This document shows positions 15,688 to 23,548 of a DNA stretch of 31,180 nt, in pieces (position 1 is the first letter of the stretch; each line of letters starts with the position of its first letter). The notes beneath the pieces are model-generated. The model made no database searches. It had not been told where the DNA came from and saw only the letters and a program-made list of their open reading frames with translations. Made by a program: the position numbers and the translations under genes. The stretch comes from Deltaproteobacteria bacterium (GTDB taxonomy: Bacteria; Bdellovibrionota_C; UBA2361; JAGFJO01), in NCBI GenBank assembly GCA_024102635.1, contig JAGFJO010000148.1, forward strand, positions 1 to 31,180, in the 5' to 3' direction.

Positions 15688-16935
15688 CTAGATATGGTTC
15701 TTGATAAAATCGTACATACCTTCTGCGGCAATCTCATGGCCATATCGAGACCAATGACCATCGTGAGAAAAATGCAGTTGATCGAACTGAAAGTTGCCCT
15801 CGCTAAGATAGCGACTGAAATTATAGAGAGGCACTTCAAGGTCATCAGCAATTTTCTTCAGTCGGGCAAACGGAAGGGAATGTTTCAATGTTCTTCCGTA
15901 TAAACTTCTGTCTTCGCCGGCTTGTAGATACTCGGTAGCAAACATGACAAGCTTTGCACCGTCTTGCGCTGTTTCTTTTTTTAAGACTTGGACGGAGTGT
16001 GCTGTGAGTTTAAGTGCCTCCTCAAAAACTAAAGGCATCTTTTGAGCGCTGAACATTTCATCAAAGTCTAAATCTTCTGGGTAGCTCCAACCGGCCAATT
16101 TAATTCGAAATTCGCTGTTAAGATTTCTCAGGTATTCGATCCTCTTGGCATAAATCTCTCTCATTTCTGCATATCGAGTTTCATGAAAAAGCCTGTTTGA
16201 AGCCCATACATACAACAAACTCCAGTCTAATGCGGAATTGACTGCCATAGTTGGAACACGCATATCCGACGCACCAATACGGTGCTCTTGCCAGCTCAGA
16301 TCTACATCAATCTTCTTTATACTTCGGCCCGACACATCATAAAATGGCCGGGGAGGGTGGTAGGGATGCCAACCATTTCGAACTGATTCAAGAATTGGCG
16401 AGTTGTTTGCAAAGTCATTCCCGTTAAATACAAGGATAACTAGTTGAGGTTTAAATCTCCGAGCAATTTCGGTGTAAAACGGAATAGTATTTGCAGTACC
16501 GGTCCCTGAAAAGCCAAACGATAAGACCTTATACCTCCTCCTCTTATTAAGGGAAATTAACTTTTGCTCCAGTAGAAAGCTAAATTTTTCATTATTTTTT
16601 ACTTGAGCAGCTTCTACAGCAGAATCACCGAGGATAACAATTCGAGTTTCATCATCGGTGAATGTAATCTCCGGCTCTCTGTCCAAGAATCCATATGAAT
16701 TCGCCCTTTCAATAGTTGCAAAGTCAAAAAAATTCGTTATCCAAACCTCTGAGCCCGGGATAAGGGTAAATCCTACTTTTGGCGCCAATTGAATCGACCA
16801 AAAGTTTTTAGTGAATGGATAAAAGTATCCCAGAACTAACTCAATGCTTATAATCAGGATTAGAAAGGTTAGAGCACTGATCTTGAAACCAACAGAAATG
16901 TTGGGTTTTGCCACCTTACTTAGGCCCCAATCCAA
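15688..16935 (-). CDS. Membrane-anchored SGNH/GDSL-type hydrolase family protein (AlgX/AlgJ-like esterase/acyltransferase fold). The gene has markedly low GC.
   Basis: An N-terminal TM helix is followed by an 'IVILGDSAVE' GDS block and 'LVILVFNGNDFANN'. GC is about 33-43% against about 55% in the neighbouring hmgA. Its start overlaps the hmgA stop by 16 nt. Confidence 0.55.
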   Translation of the reverse strand: MDWGLSKVAKPNISVGFKISALTFLILIISIELVLGYFYPFTKNFWSIQLAPKVGFTLIPGSEVWITNFFDFATIERANSYGFLDREPEITFTDDETRIVILGDSAVEAAQVKNNEKFSFLLEQKLISLNKRRRYKVLSFGFSGTGTANTIPFYTEIARRFKPQLVILVFNGNDFANNSPILESVRNGWHPYHPPRPFYDVSGRSIKKIDVDLSWQEHRIGASDMRVPTMAVNSALDWSLLYVWASNRLFHETRYAEMREIYAKRIEYLRNLNSEFRIKLAGWSYPEDLDFDEMFSAQKMPLVFEEALKLTAHSVQVLKKETAQDGAKLVMFATEYLQAGEDRSLYGRTLKHSLPFARLKKIADDLEVPLYNFSRYLSEGNFQFDQLHFSHDGHWSRYGHEIAAEGMYDFIKNHI

Positions 16936-18077
16936 CTAGTGACATATGAATGATCACATAGCTCAGCGCCGCGCTTTGTTAAATATAGCGGCGCGAATGT
17001 ATCAAGCATCACGGCCAGCTCCTTAGTCTCTTTGGCGCCGATCGACTTCTCGACCGTTCCCGGGTGTGGCCCGTGCGGAAGGCCGGCAGGGTGGTGAGTG
17101 AAGGATCCTGACTTAATCCCTTTGCGGCTCATAAAATCTCCCTCTACATAATAAAGCACCTCATCGCTGTTGACGTTGGAGTGGTTATAAGGGACCGGGA
17201 TAGAGAGGGGATGATAATCATAAAGTCTCGGAACGAACGAACAGATTACAAACCCATCGGAATAAAACGTTTGATGAACCGGCGGAGGCTGATGAATCCG
17301 GCCGGTAATTGGCTCGAAGTCGCTGATGTTGAAGATCCAAGGATAAAGATAGCCGTCCCAACCTACTACATCGAAGGGGTGATATTGCAGGGTGAGGCGG
17401 TTTAACCTTCCGGCCTGCCTTACCCGCACTTCGAACTCTCCCTTTTCGTCGCGCGGGGTGAGCTCTTCAGGCACGCGGATATCACGCTCACAAAACGGAG
17501 AGTGTTCAAGGAGCTGCCCATACTCGTTGCGGTAGCGCTTAGGGATCTCGATTCTTCCATCCGACTCTATCACCAAAAAGCGCACATCACCCGATTTGAC
17601 TTCAATTTGGTACGTCACTCCTACGGGAATGACCACATAGTCCCCCGGCTTAAAATCCAAGTTTCCAAATTGGGTCAAAAGACGCCCTTCACCGTAGTGA
17701 ACGAAGATAACTTCATCGCAGGAGGCATTTCGGTAAAAGTAATTCATCTTGGAGTCGGGGGTGGCGAGCCCCATTTTGACCTGCTTATTTGCGAGCAGCC
17801 ACTCTCTTGAAGTAATCGGGTCGCCGCTGCTCTTGAATCCGTCCGTTTTTATATGGTGATGTTCAAGATTGAGCTGGTCTAAAATCTGGAGTTGTTCCTC
17901 GGCAATTGATTCGGATTTCAATACAACCGTGGGAGCATGAATGTGGTATAGGATCGATTGGATTCCTGAGAATCCGCGTGTTCCCATTACCTCTTCTCTG
18001 TAAAGTGCCCCGTTAGGCGACTTAAACTGAGTGTGTCTCTTCTGAGGAATTGACCCTAGCTTATGATAAAAAGGCAT
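16920..18077 (-). CDS. hmgA: Homogentisate 1,2-dioxygenase.
   Basis: The length is 385 aa. Cupin-fold HGD blocks are conserved throughout (e.g. 'FHRN...DE', 'HGP' region, 'YQIEVKSGDVRFLVIE'). Confidence 0.85.
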   Translation of the reverse strand: MPFYHKLGSIPQKRHTQFKSPNGALYREEVMGTRGFSGIQSILYHIHAPTVVLKSESIAEEQLQILDQLNLEHHHIKTDGFKSSGDPITSREWLLANKQVKMGLATPDSKMNYFYRNASCDEVIFVHYGEGRLLTQFGNLDFKPGDYVVIPVGVTYQIEVKSGDVRFLVIESDGRIEIPKRYRNEYGQLLEHSPFCERDIRVPEELTPRDEKGEFEVRVRQAGRLNRLTLQYHPFDVVGWDGYLYPWIFNISDFEPITGRIHQPPPVHQTFYSDGFVICSFVPRLYDYHPLSIPVPYNHSNVNSDEVLYYVEGDFMSRKGIKSGSFTHHPAGLPHGPHPGTVEKSIGAKETKELAVMLDTFAPLYLTKRGAELCDHSYVTSWIGA

Positions 18078-18126
18078 GTTCTCCTCCTCTGCCCGTAGCA
18101 GGTTTTAGTGTAGTTATTGAAAAATT

Positions 18127-19116
18127 CTAGAGCGAACACCGCTGCTCAATCTTACCAAATAGGCTCTTATCACCTAAAAACGCTTCAATTGTAATCTGGT
18201 CACCTACTTTCAAATAATTGCTCTTTGCTGCGCCGCTATCAATAATCTCAATCAGCCGCTTCTCGACTAAACACCCGATCCCTCGCCCCTTATCCTCATT
18301 AGATACCGTTCCGCTTCCTATAATAGTTCCGGCCGCAAGAGGGCGGGTCCGGGCGGCGTGTTCGATCAGCTGAGGGAATGAAAAATGCATCTCGGAGGCT
18401 CTTAGTTTCCCGACCTGAGAACCGTTTAAGTTTACTCTTACCTCTATCTCTGCTCTTCCCTCCTTCCATGATGGCCCAAGCTCATCCGGGGAGAGCGCGA
18501 ATGGTGCGCAGGAAGAGCAAGGCTTGCTCTGGAGGAACCCGAATCCGCGCGCCAGTTCCGCAGGGATTAAATTTCTGAGCGAGATGTCATTAAGCAGCAA
18601 AATTAGCTTGATGTGCTTCTCTGCATCAGCCGCCTTGACTCCCTGCGGAACATCATCGACGATAACCGCAAGTTCAGCTTCAAAATCATAACCAAACGCT
18701 TCATCAGATATGGTTATCTCGCTGCCGGGATCTAGAAACGGTGCGCTCACTCCTTGATACATGAGCGGGATAGTCTCAAGTTCCTCGGGCATCTCTGCCC
18801 CGCGCGCCTTTCTTACTCTGCGAACATGGCTGAGGTAGGCACTGCCGTCCAGGAAGCCGAAGGCGCGGGGAAGGGGCGACATGAAAGTGGCCTTATCCAA
18901 ATCCAAAGTTTCCTTCCAATCACCTTGTAATAAAGCAGCGCCGATCTCCGCCAGCCGCGGAGCAGCCAACTGCCAATCCTCAATTGCACTGCGAAGAGTA
19001 GGGTACTCATTCTCCGGCACAAGCGCAGCTGCGCGCGCTTTCTCGTCCACCACAACGAGTTGCCCATCTCGGCTCTGAGACCTTCCGGCAGTGGGATATA
19101 TTGTGGCTAATTTCAT
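18127..19116 (-). CDS. Fumarylacetoacetate hydrolase (FAH) family protein. Probably the fumarylacetoacetase step of tyrosine catabolism.
   Basis: FAH-domain blocks are 'PLMYQGVSAPFLDPGSEI', 'FEAELAVIV' and 'GTIIGSGTVSNEDKGRGIGCL'. It is in the operon between hmgA and hppD. Confidence 0.75.
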   Translation of the reverse strand: MKLATIYPTAGRSQSRDGQLVVVDEKARAAALVPENEYPTLRSAIEDWQLAAPRLAEIGAALLQGDWKETLDLDKATFMSPLPRAFGFLDGSAYLSHVRRVRKARGAEMPEELETIPLMYQGVSAPFLDPGSEITISDEAFGYDFEAELAVIVDDVPQGVKAADAEKHIKLILLLNDISLRNLIPAELARGFGFLQSKPCSSCAPFALSPDELGPSWKEGRAEIEVRVNLNGSQVGKLRASEMHFSFPQLIEHAARTRPLAAGTIIGSGTVSNEDKGRGIGCLVEKRLIEIIDSGAAKSNYLKVGDQITIEAFLGDKSLFGKIEQRCSL

Positions 19117-19124
19117 CTCTACCG

Positions 19125-20075
19125 TTAATTCATCAAAAGTTTCTCAAGCTCTTCATCCTGTATAGAGGGGTTACAGCACCCGATAGTGAACCAGGGGCTG
19201 CTAACGGCAGTATACGTTTCATCCGGCGATAGATGCAGCTCCCGCCACGAGAGCCGGCCTTCGACGGATAGCTCGGATATATCCCGAATCGTAAGAATCT
19301 CGCTAGTCTTTTCAGCATCAAGTCCGAAGTGGCGCGAAAGAGCGACTGCAGCGGAAAGCGAGAGGAAACCAAGAGGGCGCTCTTCCGAGGCCAAGGGATA
19401 GTGGAGACCTCCTGTGACCTTAAATGGCAGATTGTATTCGTTCGCCTGCTCAATTGCTTTCGCAAGCCGCGCCGGGCCGATGGCGGTATCGCCGCTCGTT
19501 CGGCACTTAAGCCCTGCGATGCCCGGGCTTACACAAATATTGCATTCCGCCAGCGATCGCGTTGTCCCTGCCAAGATATCCTCCCAGTTCGACTGTGACA
19601 AATCAGGTTCCAGAAAGATCGCAAGGTTTGTCTCGAACGCCAGATGTGCAATGCGTTTGAGTAGCTCAGAGAATTCTTTGCCAAGGGCTATTTCGCTTCG
19701 AAATTTGCTCTCCAAGGTCGACACATGCCCACGGGGCATCTGACTGCCGCTCCGGCTATTATAGTCACCGATTGCTTTTATCACTTCTGTAAAGCGGCCG
19801 GCGCTGGAATTATCAAGAGGCACAGTGTTAATTGCGGATATACGCAGTTCTGAAGCAATGCCCGACTTTCTCAAGCTCTCACTATCCACTTTGCGAAGCT
19901 CATCTTCCGTTATCACCAGATCGGTGCCCATAATGTAAGGCCGCTTCAATGTGCGCGGAAGATCGGCGCTCTTTCTCAAAGCCGCGTCCAGCTCAAGGGC
20001 GGTGGGTGGGAACAGGGCGGAGTGATCGATACGCTCCGATAGCAAAGCCCTTAGCACCTCGTCTGATGCGATCAC
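19125..20075 (-). CDS. Hypothetical protein embedded in the tyrosine-catabolic operon (orfX).
   Basis: It is a 316-aa ORF with no family I recognise. Its start overlaps the hppD stop by 4 nt (ATGA-type coupling), and it is 8 nt from the FAH gene. Confidence 0.55.
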   Translation of the reverse strand: MIASDEVLRALLSERIDHSALFPPTALELDAALRKSADLPRTLKRPYIMGTDLVITEDELRKVDSESLRKSGIASELRISAINTVPLDNSSAGRFTEVIKAIGDYNSRSGSQMPRGHVSTLESKFRSEIALGKEFSELLKRIAHLAFETNLAIFLEPDLSQSNWEDILAGTTRSLAECNICVSPGIAGLKCRTSGDTAIGPARLAKAIEQANEYNLPFKVTGGLHYPLASEERPLGFLSLSAAVALSRHFGLDAEKTSEILTIRDISELSVEGRLSWRELHLSPDETYTAVSSPWFTIGCCNPSIQDEELEKLLMN

Positions 20076-21298
20076 AGATTCCCTCTTAAAGCCTGCTCTT
20101 TCTCAATCGCTTCAAATAACGCTTTAAAATTTCCGATGCCAAAGCCTTGAGAACCTTCGCGCTGAATAATTTCAAAGAAGAGCGTTGGCCGGTCTAAAAC
20201 GGGTTTGGTAAAGATCTGCAGCAGATAGCCGTCGTCATCTCGATCTATTAAGATACCAAGCTCGGCGAGCTTATTAAGGTCCTCTTTTATGGACCCCACC
20301 CGCCCGGGCACATCATCATAGTAGGCACGCGGCACTCGAAGAAACGCCATGCCTCGCCTCTTCATCTCACGGACTGTGGTGATTATGTCATTTGTTATAA
20401 GCGCAATGTGCTGCACACCGGGACCATTGTGAAAATTTAAGTACTCCTCGATCTGAGACTTTCTCTTACCCTGTGCCGGCTCGTTAATAGGCATCTTTAT
20501 CTTTGATGAGCCGTTTCTCATTACCTTTGACATTAGCGCCGAGTACTCTGTTGAGATGTCTTGGTCGGTGAACTGCTGCATTTGACTAAAGCCGAGCACC
20601 TTTTCATAAAATCCGACCCATTCGTCCATCCTTCCGAGCTCGACATTCCCCACTATGTGATCTACACGCAGCAGCCCCATGTCGCTAATTTCCGGAAGGC
20701 ACTGAAAGATCTCCTCGTAGGGCACGAAGCCTGGCCAATAAAGACCTTTATACGAATCTCGCTCCACAATCGAGTGAACTGTATCTCCATAGGTCTTGAT
20801 TTTTGCTCTGATGATTGAGCCTTTCTCGTCTGACCACTTAGTGGGGACTTCGGTGCTATCGGCTCCGCGTCTTACGGCCTCTTTGTAAAACGCTACACAA
20901 TTTTTGACTCTGAAGGCAACGCTATGCACCGTATCTCCATGTACGTTCACGGCGAAGGCCACCGGACTGGTCATTTGAAGCGGGCCCGTAACTACCAGAG
21001 TAATATCACGGCGCGTGAGCATATAACTTGCAGAATCCCGATATCCGGTTTCCGGTCCTCGATATGCTGCGGGCGTAAGTCCCAATATCTGAGAATAATA
21101 GAACGCTGCCTGCCTAGCGTTTGCCGAGTATATCTCGATATGATCAACAGCTTCGATATCCAAAGCGGCATGACCGCTAATCTCCGGGGTTGCCGCTATA
21201 TCAATTGGCCGGCCGATATGAACCTGTGGATCGATCTTCATTAAGACTCCCTTCAAAGCAAATTCAGGTGGTATTATACCCCAATCGATAAAAGACAA
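20072..21298 (-). CDS. hppD: 4-hydroxyphenylpyruvate dioxygenase.
   Basis: Two VOC modules are present. The C-terminal signature is 'FFEIIQREGSQGFGIGNFKALFEAIE' and an internal block is 'HIALITNDIITTVREMKRRGMAFL'. Confidence 0.9.
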   Translation of the reverse strand: MSFIDWGIIPPEFALKGVLMKIDPQVHIGRPIDIAATPEISGHAALDIEAVDHIEIYSANARQAAFYYSQILGLTPAAYRGPETGYRDSASYMLTRRDITLVVTGPLQMTSPVAFAVNVHGDTVHSVAFRVKNCVAFYKEAVRRGADSTEVPTKWSDEKGSIIRAKIKTYGDTVHSIVERDSYKGLYWPGFVPYEEIFQCLPEISDMGLLRVDHIVGNVELGRMDEWVGFYEKVLGFSQMQQFTDQDISTEYSALMSKVMRNGSSKIKMPINEPAQGKRKSQIEEYLNFHNGPGVQHIALITNDIITTVREMKRRGMAFLRVPRAYYDDVPGRVGSIKEDLNKLAELGILIDRDDDGYLLQIFTKPVLDRPTLFFEIIQREGSQGFGIGNFKALFEAIEKEQALRGNL

Positions 21299-21386
21299 AA
21301 ATGGATTTCAGAAATGCCGCATAGTGACGTAGGCCCGGTCTTTCTCGTTTCCAAGCAGAACAGAAACGCGTATAACTGATATAGTA
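21299..21386. promoter_or_regulatory. Divergent promoter region between the hppD operon (-) and the PTPS-SDR-phhA operon (+).
   Basis: This is an 88-nt AT-rich spacer between divergently oriented first genes. No specific operator is identified. Confidence 0.3.
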
Positions 21387-21830
21387 TTGCAGGAACATAT
21401 GTTTACACTTCTTCGCGTGTTTGATTTTAGCGCCGGACACACCTTGGCTCGCAGTGATTGGAGCGAGGAGAAAAACCGGCAGGTCTTCGGCAAATGCTCC
21501 AATCCTCAGGGGCATGGACATAACTACCGATTAGAGGTTTTGGTTGAGGGGCCGCTTGATTCGGAGACCCAGATGGTCCTCGATGCCGCCAAACTTGACG
21601 AGATAGTTCACAACGAAGTTTTCATTGATTTAGATCACAAAAATCTTAACAAGGAAGTACCTTGGCTAGCGGGAAAGCTGCCTACAACAGAGGTGCTGGC
21701 GGATGGCATTTTTACCCGGCTTGAAAAGGCGATCGCCGCCGCCTCCTCCACTGCGAAGCTAGCAGAGATTAGACTTTGGGAAACGCGGCGCATCTGCGTG
21801 CTCCGCCGAGCCAGTGACAGGAAAGAGTGA
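21387..21830 (+). CDS. 6-pyruvoyl-tetrahydropterin synthase (PTPS/QueD family).
   Basis: 'FDFSAGHTL...GKCSNPQGHGHNY' carries the Cys plus HGH zinc/active-site signature. Its stop overlaps the next gene's start (GTGATG). Confidence 0.85.
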   Translation: MQEHMFTLLRVFDFSAGHTLARSDWSEEKNRQVFGKCSNPQGHGHNYRLEVLVEGPLDSETQMVLDAAKLDEIVHNEVFIDLDHKNLNKEVPWLAGKLPTTEVLADGIFTRLEKAIAAASSTAKLAEIRLWETRRICVLRRASDRKE

Positions 21831-22540
21831 TGGAAAAAACGGCGATTATTACCGGTGCGGGCAGGGGAATTGGGCGCGCATTAGCATGCGGCCTAGCGGC
21901 TGACGGCTTCAATGTGGTTTTGATATCAAGAAATGAGCCGGATCTGGAAGGTGTGAAGCGGGAGATTGCAGCACTTGTTCCGAATAGTGATTCCAAGGTG
22001 GTGTTATATCCCATCTCAGTTACCGAGAGAGCTGCCATTGATAAAGCCGTGTCCGATGTTATAGAGCGGTATGGAGCGATTGACGTATTGATCAACAACG
22101 CCGGCATTAATTACCAAGGCACGTGGCAGATAGATCCTGCCAGGTTCGAGGAGATGCTGGCGGTCAATACGCTCGGCCCTTTTAACATGATGCATGCAGT
22201 CGTTCCGCAAATGAAGAAGAGAGGTAGCGGCTATATAATAAACGTTGCTTCAATCTGTGCAGTTGAGGGCTTTGAAGGTGTGGGGGCTTATTCGGCGAGC
22301 AAGTTTGCGCTATTAGGATTTAACGAGTCGCTCTATCGTGAGCTTTCACCATTAGGAATTAAGGTGACGGCCCTTTGCCCTAGCTGGACCAATACCGATA
22401 TGGCTAAACACTCTCCGCTCTCGGACAGTGATAAAATCCAGCCTGCGGACGTACTGGAGGCGGTTAGATTTCTTTTAAAACTGGGGCCCTCTGCAACAGT
22501 GAAAGAGCTTGTAATCGGGTGTGCCAAGCAGCCGGATTGA
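21827..22540 (+). CDS. Short-chain dehydrogenase/reductase. By context a sepiapterin-reductase-like pterin reductase.
   Basis: It has the 'TGAGRGIGRALA' Rossmann motif, 'NNAG', and the 'YSASKFAL' YxxxK catalytic motif. It is translationally coupled to PTPS and upstream of phhA. Confidence 0.75.
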   Translation: MMEKTAIITGAGRGIGRALACGLAADGFNVVLISRNEPDLEGVKREIAALVPNSDSKVVLYPISVTERAAIDKAVSDVIERYGAIDVLINNAGINYQGTWQIDPARFEEMLAVNTLGPFNMMHAVVPQMKKRGSGYIINVASICAVEGFEGVGAYSASKFALLGFNESLYRELSPLGIKVTALCPSWTNTDMAKHSPLSDSDKIQPADVLEAVRFLLKLGPSATVKELVIGCAKQPD

Positions 22541-22622
22541 TTGGTTAAGGCCGCCGTGGAGGGGAAATTCAATTCGTTCTCTTGCGCGGAGACGATATAA
22601 TAGAACTAACAAAACAGAATAA

Positions 22623-23531
22623 ATGGCAACTTCACAGAGCGGACTAACAACTACCAAGGCGCCTTTTATTGAGAAGGCGCAGGCAAGTGGTGAACTGTAT
22701 ATTCACCAGCCATACGAACTATATTCCGAAGAGAATCACCGCGCATGGGCCACACTCTATGCACGGATCCAAGAGCGGTGGCAGAAGTACGCAAATCCAA
22801 AATTTCTTGATGGCGTTCACTCTCTCTGTTTCGATCCCCATAAAGTCCCGAAGCTGGATGACATAAATAAATTCTTGAATCCGCTGACCGGCTTTAAAGC
22901 GAAGGCCGTGAGCGGATATGTTCCTGCATTTTTGTTTTTCGACTGCTTAAGAAACCGGGAGTTCCCAACCACAATCACTATTCGAGACATAAATACACTG
23001 GACTATCTGCCTGAGCCCGATATCTTTCATGACATTGCGGGGCATGTTCCTATGCATACCGATCGCAAATTCGCCGACACCTTAGTGCGTTTCGGAGAAT
23101 GCGCGCACTTGGCCGCCGAGATCGTTTCAGGCATTAAGGACGAGAAGGAGAAGATCGATCGGATCGTGAGTATTTTTAAGGCACTTGCCAGGTTCTTCTG
23201 GTTTACCATTGAGTTCGGCCTGATGCGCGGGGAGGCCCAGGAGTTAAAGGTTTACGGCAGCGGCCTTTTAAGCTCCTACGGCGAGATAGCACACTGCATC
23301 GAATCGCCTGAAGTTCAGCGCTATCCGATCCAGCTTGAATGGGTCATAAATCAGTACTTTGAAATAGATCACTATCAGCCGCTGCTCTTTATTGTTGATT
23401 CCTTCGAGCACCTTTTCGATCTTGTCGGTGTTCTTGAGGAGTGGATGAAAAGCGGCAAACTGAATAATGTGGCCCCGGGGCAGCCAACTATGAGCGAAGC
23501 CGACGTTAAGAGCTTCTTAGAGCGTACCTAG
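22623..23531 (+). CDS. phhA: Phenylalanine-4-hydroxylase (biopterin-dependent aromatic amino acid hydroxylase).
   Basis: 'FHDIAGHVPMHTD' provides the iron-binding His residues. 'YGSGLLSSYGE' and 'EFGL' blocks are also present. The length of about 300 aa is typical of bacterial PhhA. Confidence 0.9.
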   Translation: MATSQSGLTTTKAPFIEKAQASGELYIHQPYELYSEENHRAWATLYARIQERWQKYANPKFLDGVHSLCFDPHKVPKLDDINKFLNPLTGFKAKAVSGYVPAFLFFDCLRNREFPTTITIRDINTLDYLPEPDIFHDIAGHVPMHTDRKFADTLVRFGECAHLAAEIVSGIKDEKEKIDRIVSIFKALARFFWFTIEFGLMRGEAQELKVYGSGLLSSYGEIAHCIESPEVQRYPIQLEWVINQYFEIDHYQPLLFIVDSFEHLFDLVGVLEEWMKSGKLNNVAPGQPTMSEADVKSFLERT

Positions 23532-23548
23532 CAGACAATTACTACAGG

